Part shown: positions 47,365 through 56,547 of the stretch, in pieces
How the letters are laid out: each line of letters starts with the position of its first letter
Numbering within the stretch: position 1 is the stretch's first letter
From: Candidatus Magasanikiibacteriota bacterium
GTDB lineage: Bacteria; Patescibacteriota; Patescibacteriia; Magasanikbacterales; GWA2-37-8
Length of the DNA: 64,000 nucleotides
Reading direction: 5' to 3'
Assembly (NCBI GenBank): GCA_030650025.1
Contig: JAUSEN010000024.1
Span: forward strand, 563 to 64,562
Notes under the pieces: generated by a model
What the model was told of the DNA's origin: nothing
Databases searched by the model: none
Seen by the model: only the letters and a program-made list of their open reading frames with translations
Position numbers and translations under genes: made by a program

Positions 47365-49404
47365 ATGCAGACTAGATACTCCTCACTAATCGCCATATTT
47401 TTTCTGCCAGTTTTGGTATTGGCTGGCGTTTTGTGGTCCTTACCGTTAAAACCAGCGGACGCAGAAGAGAACCTGGCTCATACTTACCCTAAATTGGCTA
47501 ATTTGTATTTGGGTTCGCCTTTGACCGAGTCAATCATTAGAGATTTGGCGCGTTGGGACGTAGTAATACTCCACATGGCAGACCAGTTAAATTTTGCTTC
47601 CCAAATTAGGGAGCTCCGGCGTCTGAATCCGGATATAAAAATTTTAGCTTATATTCCGAGCCAAGAGTTCCCGATTACGCAGTACGCGGCCTGGGAAACG
47701 AATCCGAACGGCCCGTGGCATAAGTTGCTCGCCGGCATAACTGCTGATATGTGGCTGACAGACAACCTTGGCAATCACCAAAAATTTTGGTTTGAGAATT
47801 GGATGCTGAACAATACCAATTACCCGACTAAGGGAATTAGGTGGAACGAATATCTGGCGAATTTCATGAGCCGCGAAATTTTAGCGACTAATCTTTGGGA
47901 TGGTATTTTTTACGATAATACCTGGCCCAGTATCTCGTGGATAAAAAATATGCAGGCGGACGCCAATCGCGACGGCCTTAATGACACGCCGCCAGAGCTT
48001 GATAAGGCCTGGGAGGAAGGCATGCAAACCTTATTTACTTTGACGCGCCAAAAAGCGGGACGAGAAATTATTATTTTAGGCAATGGCGATCGCGGTTTTC
48101 AAAATCAGGTTAATGGTTTTTACATAGAAAATTTCGCGAATAATGGCTACTCTTATTGGAGCGACCACATGCGCTATTATAAAGAGTCTGTTAATTCTGC
48201 CAGTCCTCGGCCGCGCGTTGCCATAGTTGGCGCCACCTCTCCAAATGGTAATAGTAAAGATTATAAAAACATGCGTTATGGTCTGACCAGCGCGCTACTG
48301 GAGAATGGTTATTTTGCTTTTGACGCTAGGGACAACCACGCGGATATTTGGTGGTACGACGAATATAATTCTAAATTGGGAGAACCAGCCGGCGAGGCCG
48401 TGAGCGTCAGGAGCGGCGCGGCTGATTATACCGGGAAAGACGCATGGCGTCGCGAATACCAGACGGGCGTCGCTTTGGTCAACCCAACTCCGGAGAGAGT
48501 AGATATTGACCTCGGCGGTGAATACGAAAAATTAATCGGCACCCAGGATAAAGTGGTTAATGATGGCGCGATTGTGACCAATGTTAGTATTGAAGCTCAC
48601 GACGGGTTGATTATGCTCAAAACTTTGGAGAAGGTGAAGAACGTCATGTTTATCAACGGCGCTTTTACCCGGTTTTTTACCAAGAATGGCCAGCGGGCGC
48701 GCAATGGTTTGTTTTTATTTGAAGACGGCGTGCCCGGTGGCGCGAAAATTTTTAATGGCGACTTAGACGGCGATGCCACTCACGAAAAAATAATTGTGAG
48801 CGGCGCTAAGATGAAAATTTTGGATAATCAAGGGCGGGTTTGGTATAACGACTGGCCGCTCGGGGCAAATTACAAGGGGGTTATCAATGTGGCGCTCTCT
48901 AATATAAATAATGAATTCTCTAAAACTATCGTGGTGACGGGCAGCCGCGGGGGTAAAGTGGTGGTGTTTAATTATTACGGCGCTTTAGTAAAAGAAGAAA
49001 TTTATCCACTCGGCAAAAAATATTCGCAAGGTTTTTCGGCGGCGGTAGCCGGGAGCGGCCCAAATGGCCAAGGCGAAATTATTTTAACTACTTTGCGCGG
49101 CCCCAAAACTGAAGTTTTGTTTTATAGTTTAAGTCAAAATAAAATCGTGAGGCGATTCGCGCCTTACGGCCAGTTTTATGGCGGCGCTTTTGTGGCCGCC
49201 GGCAATTTTAGCGGGGGGAGCCAGATCCAGGTAGCCACGACGGCTTTGGTAGGCGGGCGACCAACCGTGCGCGTTTTTGATTTAAAAGGCAAAAAAATCA
49301 GCGAATTTAAATTAAGCGGATTTTTTAGCGGGCTACTCGGTATCGCGGCTTCGGATGTAAATTTTGGCGGGCACGACGAGATTGTAATTTTTAGCAACAA
49401 TTAA
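47365..49404 (+). CDS. Secreted glycoside-hydrolase-like (GHL-type TIM-barrel) domain protein with C-terminal FG-GAP/beta-propeller-like repeats
   Basis: A signal peptide is present. The compositional pattern (WDGIFYDNTW...) resembles putative glycosyl-hydrolase-like domains. The C-terminus carries G-x-x-D and FGG repeats. Confidence 0.3.
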   Translation: MQTRYSSLIAIFFLPVLVLAGVLWSLPLKPADAEENLAHTYPKLANLYLGSPLTESIIRDLARWDVVILHMADQLNFASQIRELRRLNPDIKILAYIPSQEFPITQYAAWETNPNGPWHKLLAGITADMWLTDNLGNHQKFWFENWMLNNTNYPTKGIRWNEYLANFMSREILATNLWDGIFYDNTWPSISWIKNMQADANRDGLNDTPPELDKAWEEGMQTLFTLTRQKAGREIIILGNGDRGFQNQVNGFYIENFANNGYSYWSDHMRYYKESVNSASPRPRVAIVGATSPNGNSKDYKNMRYGLTSALLENGYFAFDARDNHADIWWYDEYNSKLGEPAGEAVSVRSGAADYTGKDAWRREYQTGVALVNPTPERVDIDLGGEYEKLIGTQDKVVNDGAIVTNVSIEAHDGLIMLKTLEKVKNVMFINGAFTRFFTKNGQRARNGLFLFEDGVPGGAKIFNGDLDGDATHEKIIVSGAKMKILDNQGRVWYNDWPLGANYKGVINVALSNINNEFSKTIVVTGSRGGKVVVFNYYGALVKEEIYPLGKKYSQGFSAAVAGSGPNGQGEIILTTLRGPKTEVLFYSLSQNKIVRRFAPYGQFYGGAFVAAGNFSGGSQIQVATTALVGGRPTVRVFDLKGKKISEFKLSGFFSGLLGIAASDVNFGGHDEIVIFSNN

Positions 49405-50361
49405 TTAATCCCCGGTGATGAGGCAAACGACGGGTCTCGCAAAAACAGACCCGTTTTTTATTGCCTGCCTTAACCCGGCAATTGATAGGGCGCTATTCGG
49501 AGAGATGTTTAGCAGGCAGTGGTTCGCGACTAATTTTTGAGAGGAAATAATTTCGCTATTATTTACTACCAGGCCCTTCCCAGCAGTTGTTTTTAATAAT
49601 TTTAATATCTCGGCTTTGCGATGAGCGATGTGGTCGACGATGGCGGTAGCGAGTGAGACCTCTTTTTTTTCGGGTAGGGAACGCATATATGCGTTCCCTA
49701 CAAACGGATGGCAAGAAGTCGTCTGCACAATAAAAATTTTAATTGATTTATTTAATTTTTTGAAGCCCGCGTAAAGGCCAACGGCGGTGGTGCCGCTTGA
49801 TGTCGGCACAAATATTGCCCCTAGATTTTTTATTTTAGCCAGTTCCGCGGCTAGTTCCTGGTAGCCGAGCGGGGCAAATTTGTCAGTTGATTGGCGTAAA
49901 AATACAACGCCATTATTTTTTGCAAATTGGAAGGCCGATTGTTTGGGGTTTTGAGTTTGTTTAATAACAATATTTTTAGAGGGAGCGGTTTTAAGTAGTT
50001 TGGCAAGTTTTTGGCTGGGAATTTTTGGCCCGACAAAAATTGTCAAATTTATTTTAGGGCTCGCTTTATTTTGATTATGCTTCTTGATGTAAAGAAGAGC
50101 GGCCAGAGCGGCATTGCCCGAAGAAGAAATAACAAAGTTACGCGCGCCGCGCGCCGCGTGCTGGTTAATCATAACCGGTAGAGACCGGCCTTTATGAGAT
50201 CCTAATGGGTGCAAATCTTCGCGTTTTAACCACAGCTCGGTTTTAAGACCCAGAATGGTTGCTAGTTTTGGATATTGCTTTTGAGGAGTTAGCACCTGCC
50301 TGCCGCCTGCCTGTCCGGTAGGCAGGGCAGGCAGGTCTTGATTTATTTTAAATTTCAGCAT
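49405..50361 (-). CDS. PLP-dependent enzyme of the Trp-synthase-beta / threonine-synthase-like superfamily; carries an in-frame palindromic insert
   Basis: HPLGSHKGRS is a PLP-lysine motif. A glycine-rich loop (SSGNAALAAL) follows. The insert encodes GNAYMRSL. Confidence 0.55.
   Translation of the reverse strand: MLKFKINQDLPALPTGQAGGRQVLTPQKQYPKLATILGLKTELWLKREDLHPLGSHKGRSLPVMINQHAARGARNFVISSSGNAALAALLYIKKHNQNKASPKINLTIFVGPKIPSQKLAKLLKTAPSKNIVIKQTQNPKQSAFQFAKNNGVVFLRQSTDKFAPLGYQELAAELAKIKNLGAIFVPTSSGTTAVGLYAGFKKLNKSIKIFIVQTTSCHPFVGNAYMRSLPEKKEVSLATAIVDHIAHRKAEILKLLKTTAGKGLVVNNSEIISSQKLVANHCLLNISPNSALSIAGLRQAIKNGSVFARPVVCLITGD
49674..49701. repeat. In-frame palindrome gtagggaacgcatatatgcgttccctac inside the PLP-enzyme gene
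   Basis: A 28-bp perfect palindrome; this is the third copy of this exact element. Confidence 0.8.
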
Positions 50362-50402
50362 AAGATATATTAGAGAGCATTCTAATTACTTAACTTAACA
50401 TG

Positions 50403-50567
50403 TATGCGTTTAACTTGTCCAGAATGCAAAAACGACGTTGATTTAACCACTTACATGGATATTTTGCCGGAGTCAGTGGTGGAGTGCAATGTCTGCGGCA
50501 TTAGTTTAATGGTTAAGAGTATTGATGGCGAAGCAGTTAGCGCCGAGATTGTGGACGAAGGGAAGTG
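50403..50567 (+). CDS. LysW-like zinc-ribbon mini-protein of 54 aa
   Basis: MRLTCPECKNDVDL...VVECNVCGISLMV...EIVDEGK. A C-x2-C...C-x2-C ribbon and an acidic C-terminus resemble LysW/ArgW amino-group carrier proteins. Confidence 0.3.
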
Positions 50568-52012
50568 ATCAATTCTTCAATCATCCCTCTAAATCCGTGG
50601 CTGCCTAAAAATACGACGACGTCGCCGCTGTTTACTTGGTTTTTTATGTAAGTAATTAGTTTTTGGTCATCATCAATATATTTTACATTGGTATGAGTGG
50701 CGGCGATGACTGTCGCCAGCTCATCGCCTTCAATCGGTAATGCCTTGGTTGGCGAAGTTTTGATTTTTGTCAGCTTCGGCACTATCACTTCGCTTGCCGC
50801 GCTAAAAGCATGCGCGTAGCCCGGTAACGCGGCCGGTTCGCGGTTGCCGGAGTTAGGTTCGAAAACAGCAATAATTTTATTTTTATAAACTTGCCTAAGC
50901 GAGGCGAGGTCGGCTTGGGCTTTGGTGGGAGAGTGGGCGATGGTGTCGAAGACCGTAATTTTTCCGTCCAGTCTTTTTTCTAAACGCCGTTTGACGCCTT
51001 TAAAACTTTTTATGGCCGCAATAATTTTGTTCGGTTCCAGGCCGCATTCCAGGGCCATCGCAAAACAGCCCGTGGCATTGTCGGCCATATATTCGCCAAG
51101 GCAGGTGGTAGCCACTGGATAGCTTTGGTTTTTGTAGAGAATATTGAACGAAACGCCGCTAACAGTTTCAACGACATTGGCATAGACATAGTCGCACCCG
51201 GCGGTTTTGCCATAACTGATAATTGTTTCGCCGTTGTGCTTAATTAGAGGCAAGGCTTTTTCGGAAATTATTCGCAGACCAGTTTTAGGTACACTGTTAT
51301 ATAATTTTTGAAAAACTTCAAAATAGGATTTTTCCGTAGGGTAAACGTCAGCATGGTCCCAGACCACGGAAGTCAGCAGGAGGTGGGTAGGCTTATAATA
51401 GTCAAATTTGGGGCTATTGTCCCAGCGAGCGGTTTTATATTCATCGCCTTCGACGATTGACCACTGACCGTCCAGTAGGGGCACGGCATGCCGTGCCCCT
51501 ACGTTTGTTTGCCCTAAATCAGCGGCTGGCATCTCGTTTAAACTAATACCGCCAAACATGTAACTGGGGTTTATCTTGGCGTATTTAAAAATCCAAGTCA
51601 GTAGAGCGGTGGAGGTGGATTTGCCAAAAGTCCCGGCGCAGACAATAGAATTGGTTTTAATAAAAAAATCACGTATTACTTCGGGGTAGGATTTGTAATT
51701 TAATTTATGTTCCTGCACGTAAAGCCATTCGGGGTTATGTGAGCTGGCGACGTTCCCTACCACAACCAAATTCGGCGCTCCGCTCGCCATCATTTTGTCC
51801 GGATGCCAACCCGGGTAAAAATCAACTCCGGCGTCTTTTAAATGCGTGGAAACCGGCGGGTAAAATCCAACATCACTGCCAGTAATTTTGTACCCGGCCC
51901 CGCCATTCTGGTCGGGGTGAACTTTTTTAAAAGCAATCGCGAGCGCGCTCATCGCCACTCCGCAAATGCCGATAAAGTGAAGGTGTTTAGACATGTAATA
52001 ATAATATTCCAA
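50537..52012 (-). CDS. Mur ligase family protein (Mpl/MurC-like); carries an in-frame palindromic insert
   Basis: HFIGICGVAMSALA...ITGSDVGFYPPVSTHL is Mpl-like, and a GTFGKST P-loop is present. The insert encodes VGARHAVPL. Confidence 0.7.
   Translation of the reverse strand: MEYYYYMSKHLHFIGICGVAMSALAIAFKKVHPDQNGGAGYKITGSDVGFYPPVSTHLKDAGVDFYPGWHPDKMMASGAPNLVVVGNVASSHNPEWLYVQEHKLNYKSYPEVIRDFFIKTNSIVCAGTFGKSTSTALLTWIFKYAKINPSYMFGGISLNEMPAADLGQTNVGARHAVPLLDGQWSIVEGDEYKTARWDNSPKFDYYKPTHLLLTSVVWDHADVYPTEKSYFEVFQKLYNSVPKTGLRIISEKALPLIKHNGETIISYGKTAGCDYVYANVVETVSGVSFNILYKNQSYPVATTCLGEYMADNATGCFAMALECGLEPNKIIAAIKSFKGVKRRLEKRLDGKITVFDTIAHSPTKAQADLASLRQVYKNKIIAVFEPNSGNREPAALPGYAHAFSAASEVIVPKLTKIKTSPTKALPIEGDELATVIAATHTNVKYIDDDQKLITYIKNQVNSGDVVVFLGSHGFRGMIEELITSLRPQSRR
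51475..51502. repeat. In-frame palindrome gtaggggcacggcatgccgtgcccctac inside the Mur ligase gene
   Basis: A 28-bp perfect palindrome. Confidence 0.8.
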
Positions 52013-52045
52013 AGCGCGATCAATCTCTGATTTAGATTTTTAACG

Positions 52046-52495
52046 TTATGGCGTTTTCGTGCCTTCGATTTCTTTGGCCAATTGTTCTAGTATATTGGGC
52101 AAGACGGTTAGCTCGCTTTGTCGGTATAATTGATTAAATCTGTTTCTGATTTCGCGTATTCTGATAGTCTGGTAGTGTCTGTCGTCTGTTGTATAAGTAT
52201 CTAATGTCTTTAAAATAATTTTTAGCGATAATTTTACTTCTCCGTCCGCCATAGCACGTTTACGCAGGTCGGGATTTTCTATCTGCGCGGCCATAGGATT
52301 GATAAGCGGCTCTTCTGACAAATTAAGTTCAGAACATAGGCGCGGTCTATGTTTTTCTGGCCAATATGGCAAGGTTCTCTTTATTGTCTGCGCCTCTGTC
52401 CGTATATGCGCGGCGAGTTTTTCTGGTGTATCAATTATTTCCCCAAACAGCAATCCTTCAGCTCGGCGTAAAAAACGCGATAATTTTTCGTTCAT
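52046..52495 (-). CDS. Hypothetical protein
   Basis: ORF only. Confidence 0.35.
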   Translation of the reverse strand: MNEKLSRFLRRAEGLLFGEIIDTPEKLAAHIRTEAQTIKRTLPYWPEKHRPRLCSELNLSEEPLINPMAAQIENPDLRKRAMADGEVKLSLKIILKTLDTYTTDDRHYQTIRIREIRNRFNQLYRQSELTVLPNILEQLAKEIEGTKTP

Positions 52496-52506
52496 ATTCT
52501 TAGGAT

Positions 52507-53190
52507 TTAGTTAAAAATTAGTTTAAGTTCAGTTATGTCGATCTTCCATTTCGTTTTGTCCCACCATTGTAGCCCTTCAAATTGCAACTTATATTTATCA
52601 GTCGGGCGGGAAAAACTGCCGAGGTAAACATATTTTTTTCCGGCTTCTTTGGCCCATAAAATTGCTTTTAGCATCATGCCGAGGCCCAGATTTGGTATTT
52701 TTGTTTTCAGATTATAAAAGGGGTAACAGTAGTGGAGGAGTTCGTTGGTTTGCAGGCAGATGGCGTAGCCAACGGCCGATTGTAGGGGCGAACGGCCTTT
52801 CGCCCCTACGCCAGAATCGTCTAATGTATATACCAAAACGCAATTAAAATTGCTTTTATTTTTGTCAGTCAGCAATTCTTTAATTTTATTAGCAGAAAAC
52901 ACTGAACCAAATTTAGTATCATAAAAATCTTTACCAAGTTTGCCAATGTTAAAATGGTAATCGGCGTAGGGGAGAGGGCATGCCTCAAGCTTCACGTCTT
53001 CGGTTTTTTTAAGCACGCGACGGTTTTCGCTGGAGAGCACGAATTTAGATAGATCAATGCGCAGACTCCTGGTTTGATACATCTCGCCCTTGCCCGTGCG
53101 GCCGAACAAATAACCCTGGTGGTACAGGGAGTTGATGTTCTGGTCAGAGAAATCCGTGATGGTTTTTTCGTCCCATTTGAGATAAGCCAT
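52507..53190 (-). CDS. Arginyl/leucyl-tRNA--protein transferase-like protein (ATE_C/Bpt family); carries an in-frame palindromic insert
   Basis: KYVYLGSFSRPTDKYKLQFEGLQWWD resembles the ATE_C YLGYY...KM.YK..F.P.E motif. The insert encodes GVGAKGRSPL. Confidence 0.4.
   Translation of the reverse strand: MAYLKWDEKTITDFSDQNINSLYHQGYLFGRTGKGEMYQTRSLRIDLSKFVLSSENRRVLKKTEDVKLEACPLPYADYHFNIGKLGKDFYDTKFGSVFSANKIKELLTDKNKSNFNCVLVYTLDDSGVGAKGRSPLQSAVGYAICLQTNELLHYCYPFYNLKTKIPNLGLGMMLKAILWAKEAGKKYVYLGSFSRPTDKYKLQFEGLQWWDKTKWKIDITELKLIFN
52782..52809. repeat. In-frame palindrome gtaggggcgaacggcctttcgcccctac inside the bpt-like gene
   Basis: A 28-bp palindrome. Confidence 0.8.
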
Positions 53191-53191
53191 A

Positions 53192-54322
53192 TTAATAAAG
53201 CGCGATCCACATCCCCAACAGCACGACGGCGGCGTGGAGCACCCAAAAACGCATCACGGTTTTTTCTTCACTCCAGCCAATTAATTCCATGTGATGGTGG
53301 AGAGGTGCCATTTTAAATAATCGCCGCCCCAAAAAATACCGACCCAGAATTTGAATAATGACGGTAATAAGTTCCAAATAAAAAATAAACCCTAACAAGG
53401 GTAAGAGAATCATGCGATTGATGACAATGGTATTAATGGCGAGGAGCGCCCCAAGACCAAGCGACCCAACGTCTCCCATCTGGAAGCGGGCGGGTTTGAT
53501 ATTAAAATAGGTATAGGTAATGAGAGCGCCCACGGTGACGGCGTTGACATAGGTAATACTGACGTAGCCAAACAGCCAGCTTAAAATGGTGAGGGCGGCA
53601 AAAGTGATAATGAGAGAGCCGCCGGCGAGGCCGTCCATGCCATCGGCGACATTGACGGCGTTCGAAGTGAACATGACAAACAGAATGATAAGCGGGATAA
53701 TAAGCCAACCAATATTGATAAAGCCATCAAAGGGGATATGAACCGTGCGCCATTGCTCGGACAGTTTAAAATAAATCCACCAGGCGGTGATGCCGCCCGC
53801 GATAAATTGGAGCAAAAGTTTCTCGTGCACCTGCACGCCGCGACCCGGCTTGCTACCAAGCCAGAGGGATAAGCGTTTAAAGGCAGACCAAGGCAGGGTA
53901 AGAAAAAGCCACAGCCGGTGCCCGGAGTTTTTATGAACTTTGATTAAGCGCCAGATGTGCGAGAGTTTGCGCACGCCGCGTTTACCGCCTAAAATATTTA
54001 AAACATCATCTAGGCCGCCTAAGCTTGCCGAGAGTAGCATGACGCCAATTGGCACCCAGGTGAATTGGCGGTCCCAATTGGTAAGAAAGGTGATGACAGC
54101 AACTGTTATAATAATTAAAAGCCCACCCATGACCGGCGTGCCCGCTTTGGCGCGGCGTTCAGACATAGACAAGGTTGGGTCGAAGGCTCCGGAGCGCACT
54201 AGTTTGAAGCGATATAAAAGTTTTGTTAAGAGCGGCGCCCACAAAAAGCTGATAGCACAAGAAAGCAGGCCATAAAAAATAGCCATTTTGAGGATATAGA
54301 CGGAGACCAGGTCAATTGGCAT
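53192..54322 (-). CDS. mraY: Phospho-N-acetylmuramoyl-pentapeptide transferase (MraY/WecA family)
   Basis: NAVNVADGMDGLAGG and GGLDDVL are present, together with ten transmembrane helices. Confidence 0.7.
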   Translation of the reverse strand: MPIDLVSVYILKMAIFYGLLSCAISFLWAPLLTKLLYRFKLVRSGAFDPTLSMSERRAKAGTPVMGGLLIIITVAVITFLTNWDRQFTWVPIGVMLLSASLGGLDDVLNILGGKRGVRKLSHIWRLIKVHKNSGHRLWLFLTLPWSAFKRLSLWLGSKPGRGVQVHEKLLLQFIAGGITAWWIYFKLSEQWRTVHIPFDGFINIGWLIIPLIILFVMFTSNAVNVADGMDGLAGGSLIITFAALTILSWLFGYVSITYVNAVTVGALITYTYFNIKPARFQMGDVGSLGLGALLAINTIVINRMILLPLLGFIFYLELITVIIQILGRYFLGRRLFKMAPLHHHMELIGWSEEKTVMRFWVLHAAVVLLGMWIALY

Positions 54323-54353
54323 GCAAACAGCATACCAAAGATAATGATAATTT

Positions 54354-55127
54354 TCAAGCGAGAGCGCGAAGGCGGCGAAGCTCTAAAATGCTGGCTAGTT
54401 TTGCCCGTTCGGCATAGGTTTCGTTTTGATTGTTGACAGCATTTTTTTCTTCCCAAGTTTGTTCTAATAAATTGCCACTCGGTTTAGTGACAGTAATATG
54501 GCCACGGCGCACGCCACTCTCATAACGGCCATCGGACTTCCAGGGAACAGAGTGAATATAGCCGAGCACCGGCATGCCGTTGTTATTAGTGGTGACTTTT
54601 TCAATCAGAACTACATGTGAAATATATTTATTTTTTTCTGGCGCGCGCATGATTATAAAATCTCCGGGCTTAGCCTCTGATAAATTTATTTTGTAACTAT
54701 TTTGATCGTTCCCAAGAGTCGCGACGCCGGTATTCTCCGGCGGCCGGAGGCGCGCTAGAATTTTGCGCCAAGGAGTCTGCGCGCCAGTAAATTTAATTTT
54801 GCTGGCTAAGCCTCCTTGCCCGCGGGCTTTCAATTCCGCGTCTAAAATATAATAAACAAATCCCGAGCAATCAACCCCCAAACGATGCTCTACTAAGAAT
54901 TTTTTGATGGCTTCGGGAGAGAGTTTGGCGAGATCGATTTTTTCGTGCAGGCTAACGATGTGCGCTTCTTCGACAATATCTGCGGGGCTGCCTTTACCAA
55001 CGTGTGCCCGCAAGCCGGCCCGCAGTTTTAGGCGATCGTTGTTGTAATAAGGGCATTGCACCGGGCCACTTGGGAAGGGGAGAGCTAAATAGTCGGAGAT
55101 TATTTTTTGGGCCGCTTCTGTCAGCAT
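54354..55127 (-). CDS. NlpC/P60 (C40) family peptidase-like protein
   Basis: LGVDCSGFVYYIL carries the catalytic Cys, and the downstream region reads PGDFIIMR...HVVLI. Confidence 0.5.
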   Translation of the reverse strand: MLTEAAQKIISDYLALPFPSGPVQCPYYNNDRLKLRAGLRAHVGKGSPADIVEEAHIVSLHEKIDLAKLSPEAIKKFLVEHRLGVDCSGFVYYILDAELKARGQGGLASKIKFTGAQTPWRKILARLRPPENTGVATLGNDQNSYKINLSEAKPGDFIIMRAPEKNKYISHVVLIEKVTTNNNGMPVLGYIHSVPWKSDGRYESGVRRGHITVTKPSGNLLEQTWEEKNAVNNQNETYAERAKLASILELRRLRALA

Positions 55128-55130
55128 AGT

Positions 55131-56492
55131 CTATTGTGCTTTTATTATTTTGGTTATGATTTTGCCGAGCGCGCTAAAAACACCCGGGGTTTGCATAATA
55201 CCAGCGCGTGCCTGAATGCGCAACCAATCCTCGCCCGGTTTGGTATTGTTATAATATACCACGTTAAATTTGTTTGGTTCCAGTTTTTTTACAAGGGCTT
55301 TTTGTCTGGGTAGGATCCAGGTCGCCTTAGGCGACCTGGATCCTACGTTTTCTGGTACGCGCATTATTATTTGGCTGCCGTTTTTAATGGGAATTATTTT
55401 TTGGTTTTTATAAGGGAGTCCAAGAACAGCGGCGAGATGAGCTTCGAAAGTCGTGATTAATTTGTCATTTGCTCGCCCGGCGGGCTCGGTCGAAATGACA
55501 AGTTGTTGCAATTGGCTTTCATAAGTCGTGCTGGCCGGTTGGCGGGCGTTAATTTCTATCAAATAAATTTTACCGGTTTTCGTTTCGAGCATTACATCAA
55601 TGCCAAATAGACCGCGCCAGTTATGTTTTGCCAATTTTTTTCCAACGGCGGTAGCTATTTTTTTGATTTGATTGGTTTGCTTGGTGGTTAGTAATTTGTT
55701 TGGTAATTTCCAGTCATTGCCAATGGTCGCAAATTGAGAACTGGTAAACGGTGGTAGGCCGGTGATTTGGTAGCTAATATTGCCAGTTAAGACATTTTTA
55801 CTTGCCTCGCCGGTAGGCGGGCCCCAAACAACCGCGTTGACGGTAAAGGCAGGGCCAGAAATATATTTAGTAACGCGGATGGGGCGGTTAGGGAATTGGT
55901 TCGCAATTTCTCGCGTTTGTTTTTTTGATTTTATCAAAGCAGTCCCGCTACCGGTATGGGCGCGATTAAATTGGGCGATAAATTTTTTAGATGTCATCCC
56001 CGACCTGATCGGGGATCCAACTGTCCGGATTCCCGCTTTCGCGGGAATGACAAGTGGCCAAGATAAGCCTTTCCCCAGAACAATTTTATGCGGTGGCAGA
56101 TATTTAGTGAGTGGCCCAAGCCATTTTATTTGCGAGATTTTTTCCTCGACTTGGTTTGCCAGCTCGGCGGGCGGGTTCAGGAGTGTCCAGTTGTGCGCGC
56201 GGCAGATTTTTTCTATCTGGGTAGTATTTTTAAAAACTAAAATTTTTGGCTGTTTGAGCTTGACCAGTATGGACTGAGTCGTTTTATGCCCTAGTAGATC
56301 TAGGGTAGAAAGCAAGGATTTGTTAACAATAAGATGAATATTAGGCAGGTTGCTGGCGGCTGTCTTCGCAAAGGGCGTGGCATTTGTTATAATATGGAAC
56401 CGAGGCGCGCCCGCTAATCCAAAAGCGCGCTCTAAATCGCGCGCTACAAAGACTATTGGATTTTTATGTAAAGCCTTGTACAATGCCTGCAT
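55131..56492 (-). CDS. ATP-grasp domain protein; carries two in-frame palindromic inserts
   Basis: GKIYLIEINARQPAST is an ATP-grasp motif. The inserts encode VGSRSPKATWILP and AGIRTVGSPIRSGMTS. Confidence 0.55.
   Translation of the reverse strand: MQALYKALHKNPIVFVARDLERAFGLAGAPRFHIITNATPFAKTAASNLPNIHLIVNKSLLSTLDLLGHKTTQSILVKLKQPKILVFKNTTQIEKICRAHNWTLLNPPAELANQVEEKISQIKWLGPLTKYLPPHKIVLGKGLSWPLVIPAKAGIRTVGSPIRSGMTSKKFIAQFNRAHTGSGTALIKSKKQTREIANQFPNRPIRVTKYISGPAFTVNAVVWGPPTGEASKNVLTGNISYQITGLPPFTSSQFATIGNDWKLPNKLLTTKQTNQIKKIATAVGKKLAKHNWRGLFGIDVMLETKTGKIYLIEINARQPASTTYESQLQQLVISTEPAGRANDKLITTFEAHLAAVLGLPYKNQKIIPIKNGSQIIMRVPENVGSRSPKATWILPRQKALVKKLEPNKFNVVYYNNTKPGEDWLRIQARAGIMQTPGVFSALGKIITKIIKAQ
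55310..55346. repeat. In-frame 37-bp perfect palindrome gtaggatccaggtcgcc-tta-ggcgacctggatcctac (gtagg...cctac family) inside the ATP-grasp gene
   Basis: Read from the sequence. Confidence 0.8.
55996..56048. repeat. Two adjacent in-frame hairpins (atccccga-cct-gatcggggat and attcccgc-ttt-cgcgggaat) inside the ATP-grasp gene
   Basis: Read from the sequence. They resemble the hairpin inserted into the 13.6 kb leader (tcccgac-tta-gtcggga). Confidence 0.7.
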
Positions 56493-56547
56493 ACAGCTAG
56501 ATTATAGGTTAAATCAGTAATTTTGGCAATGAATTTACGAAGTTTTC

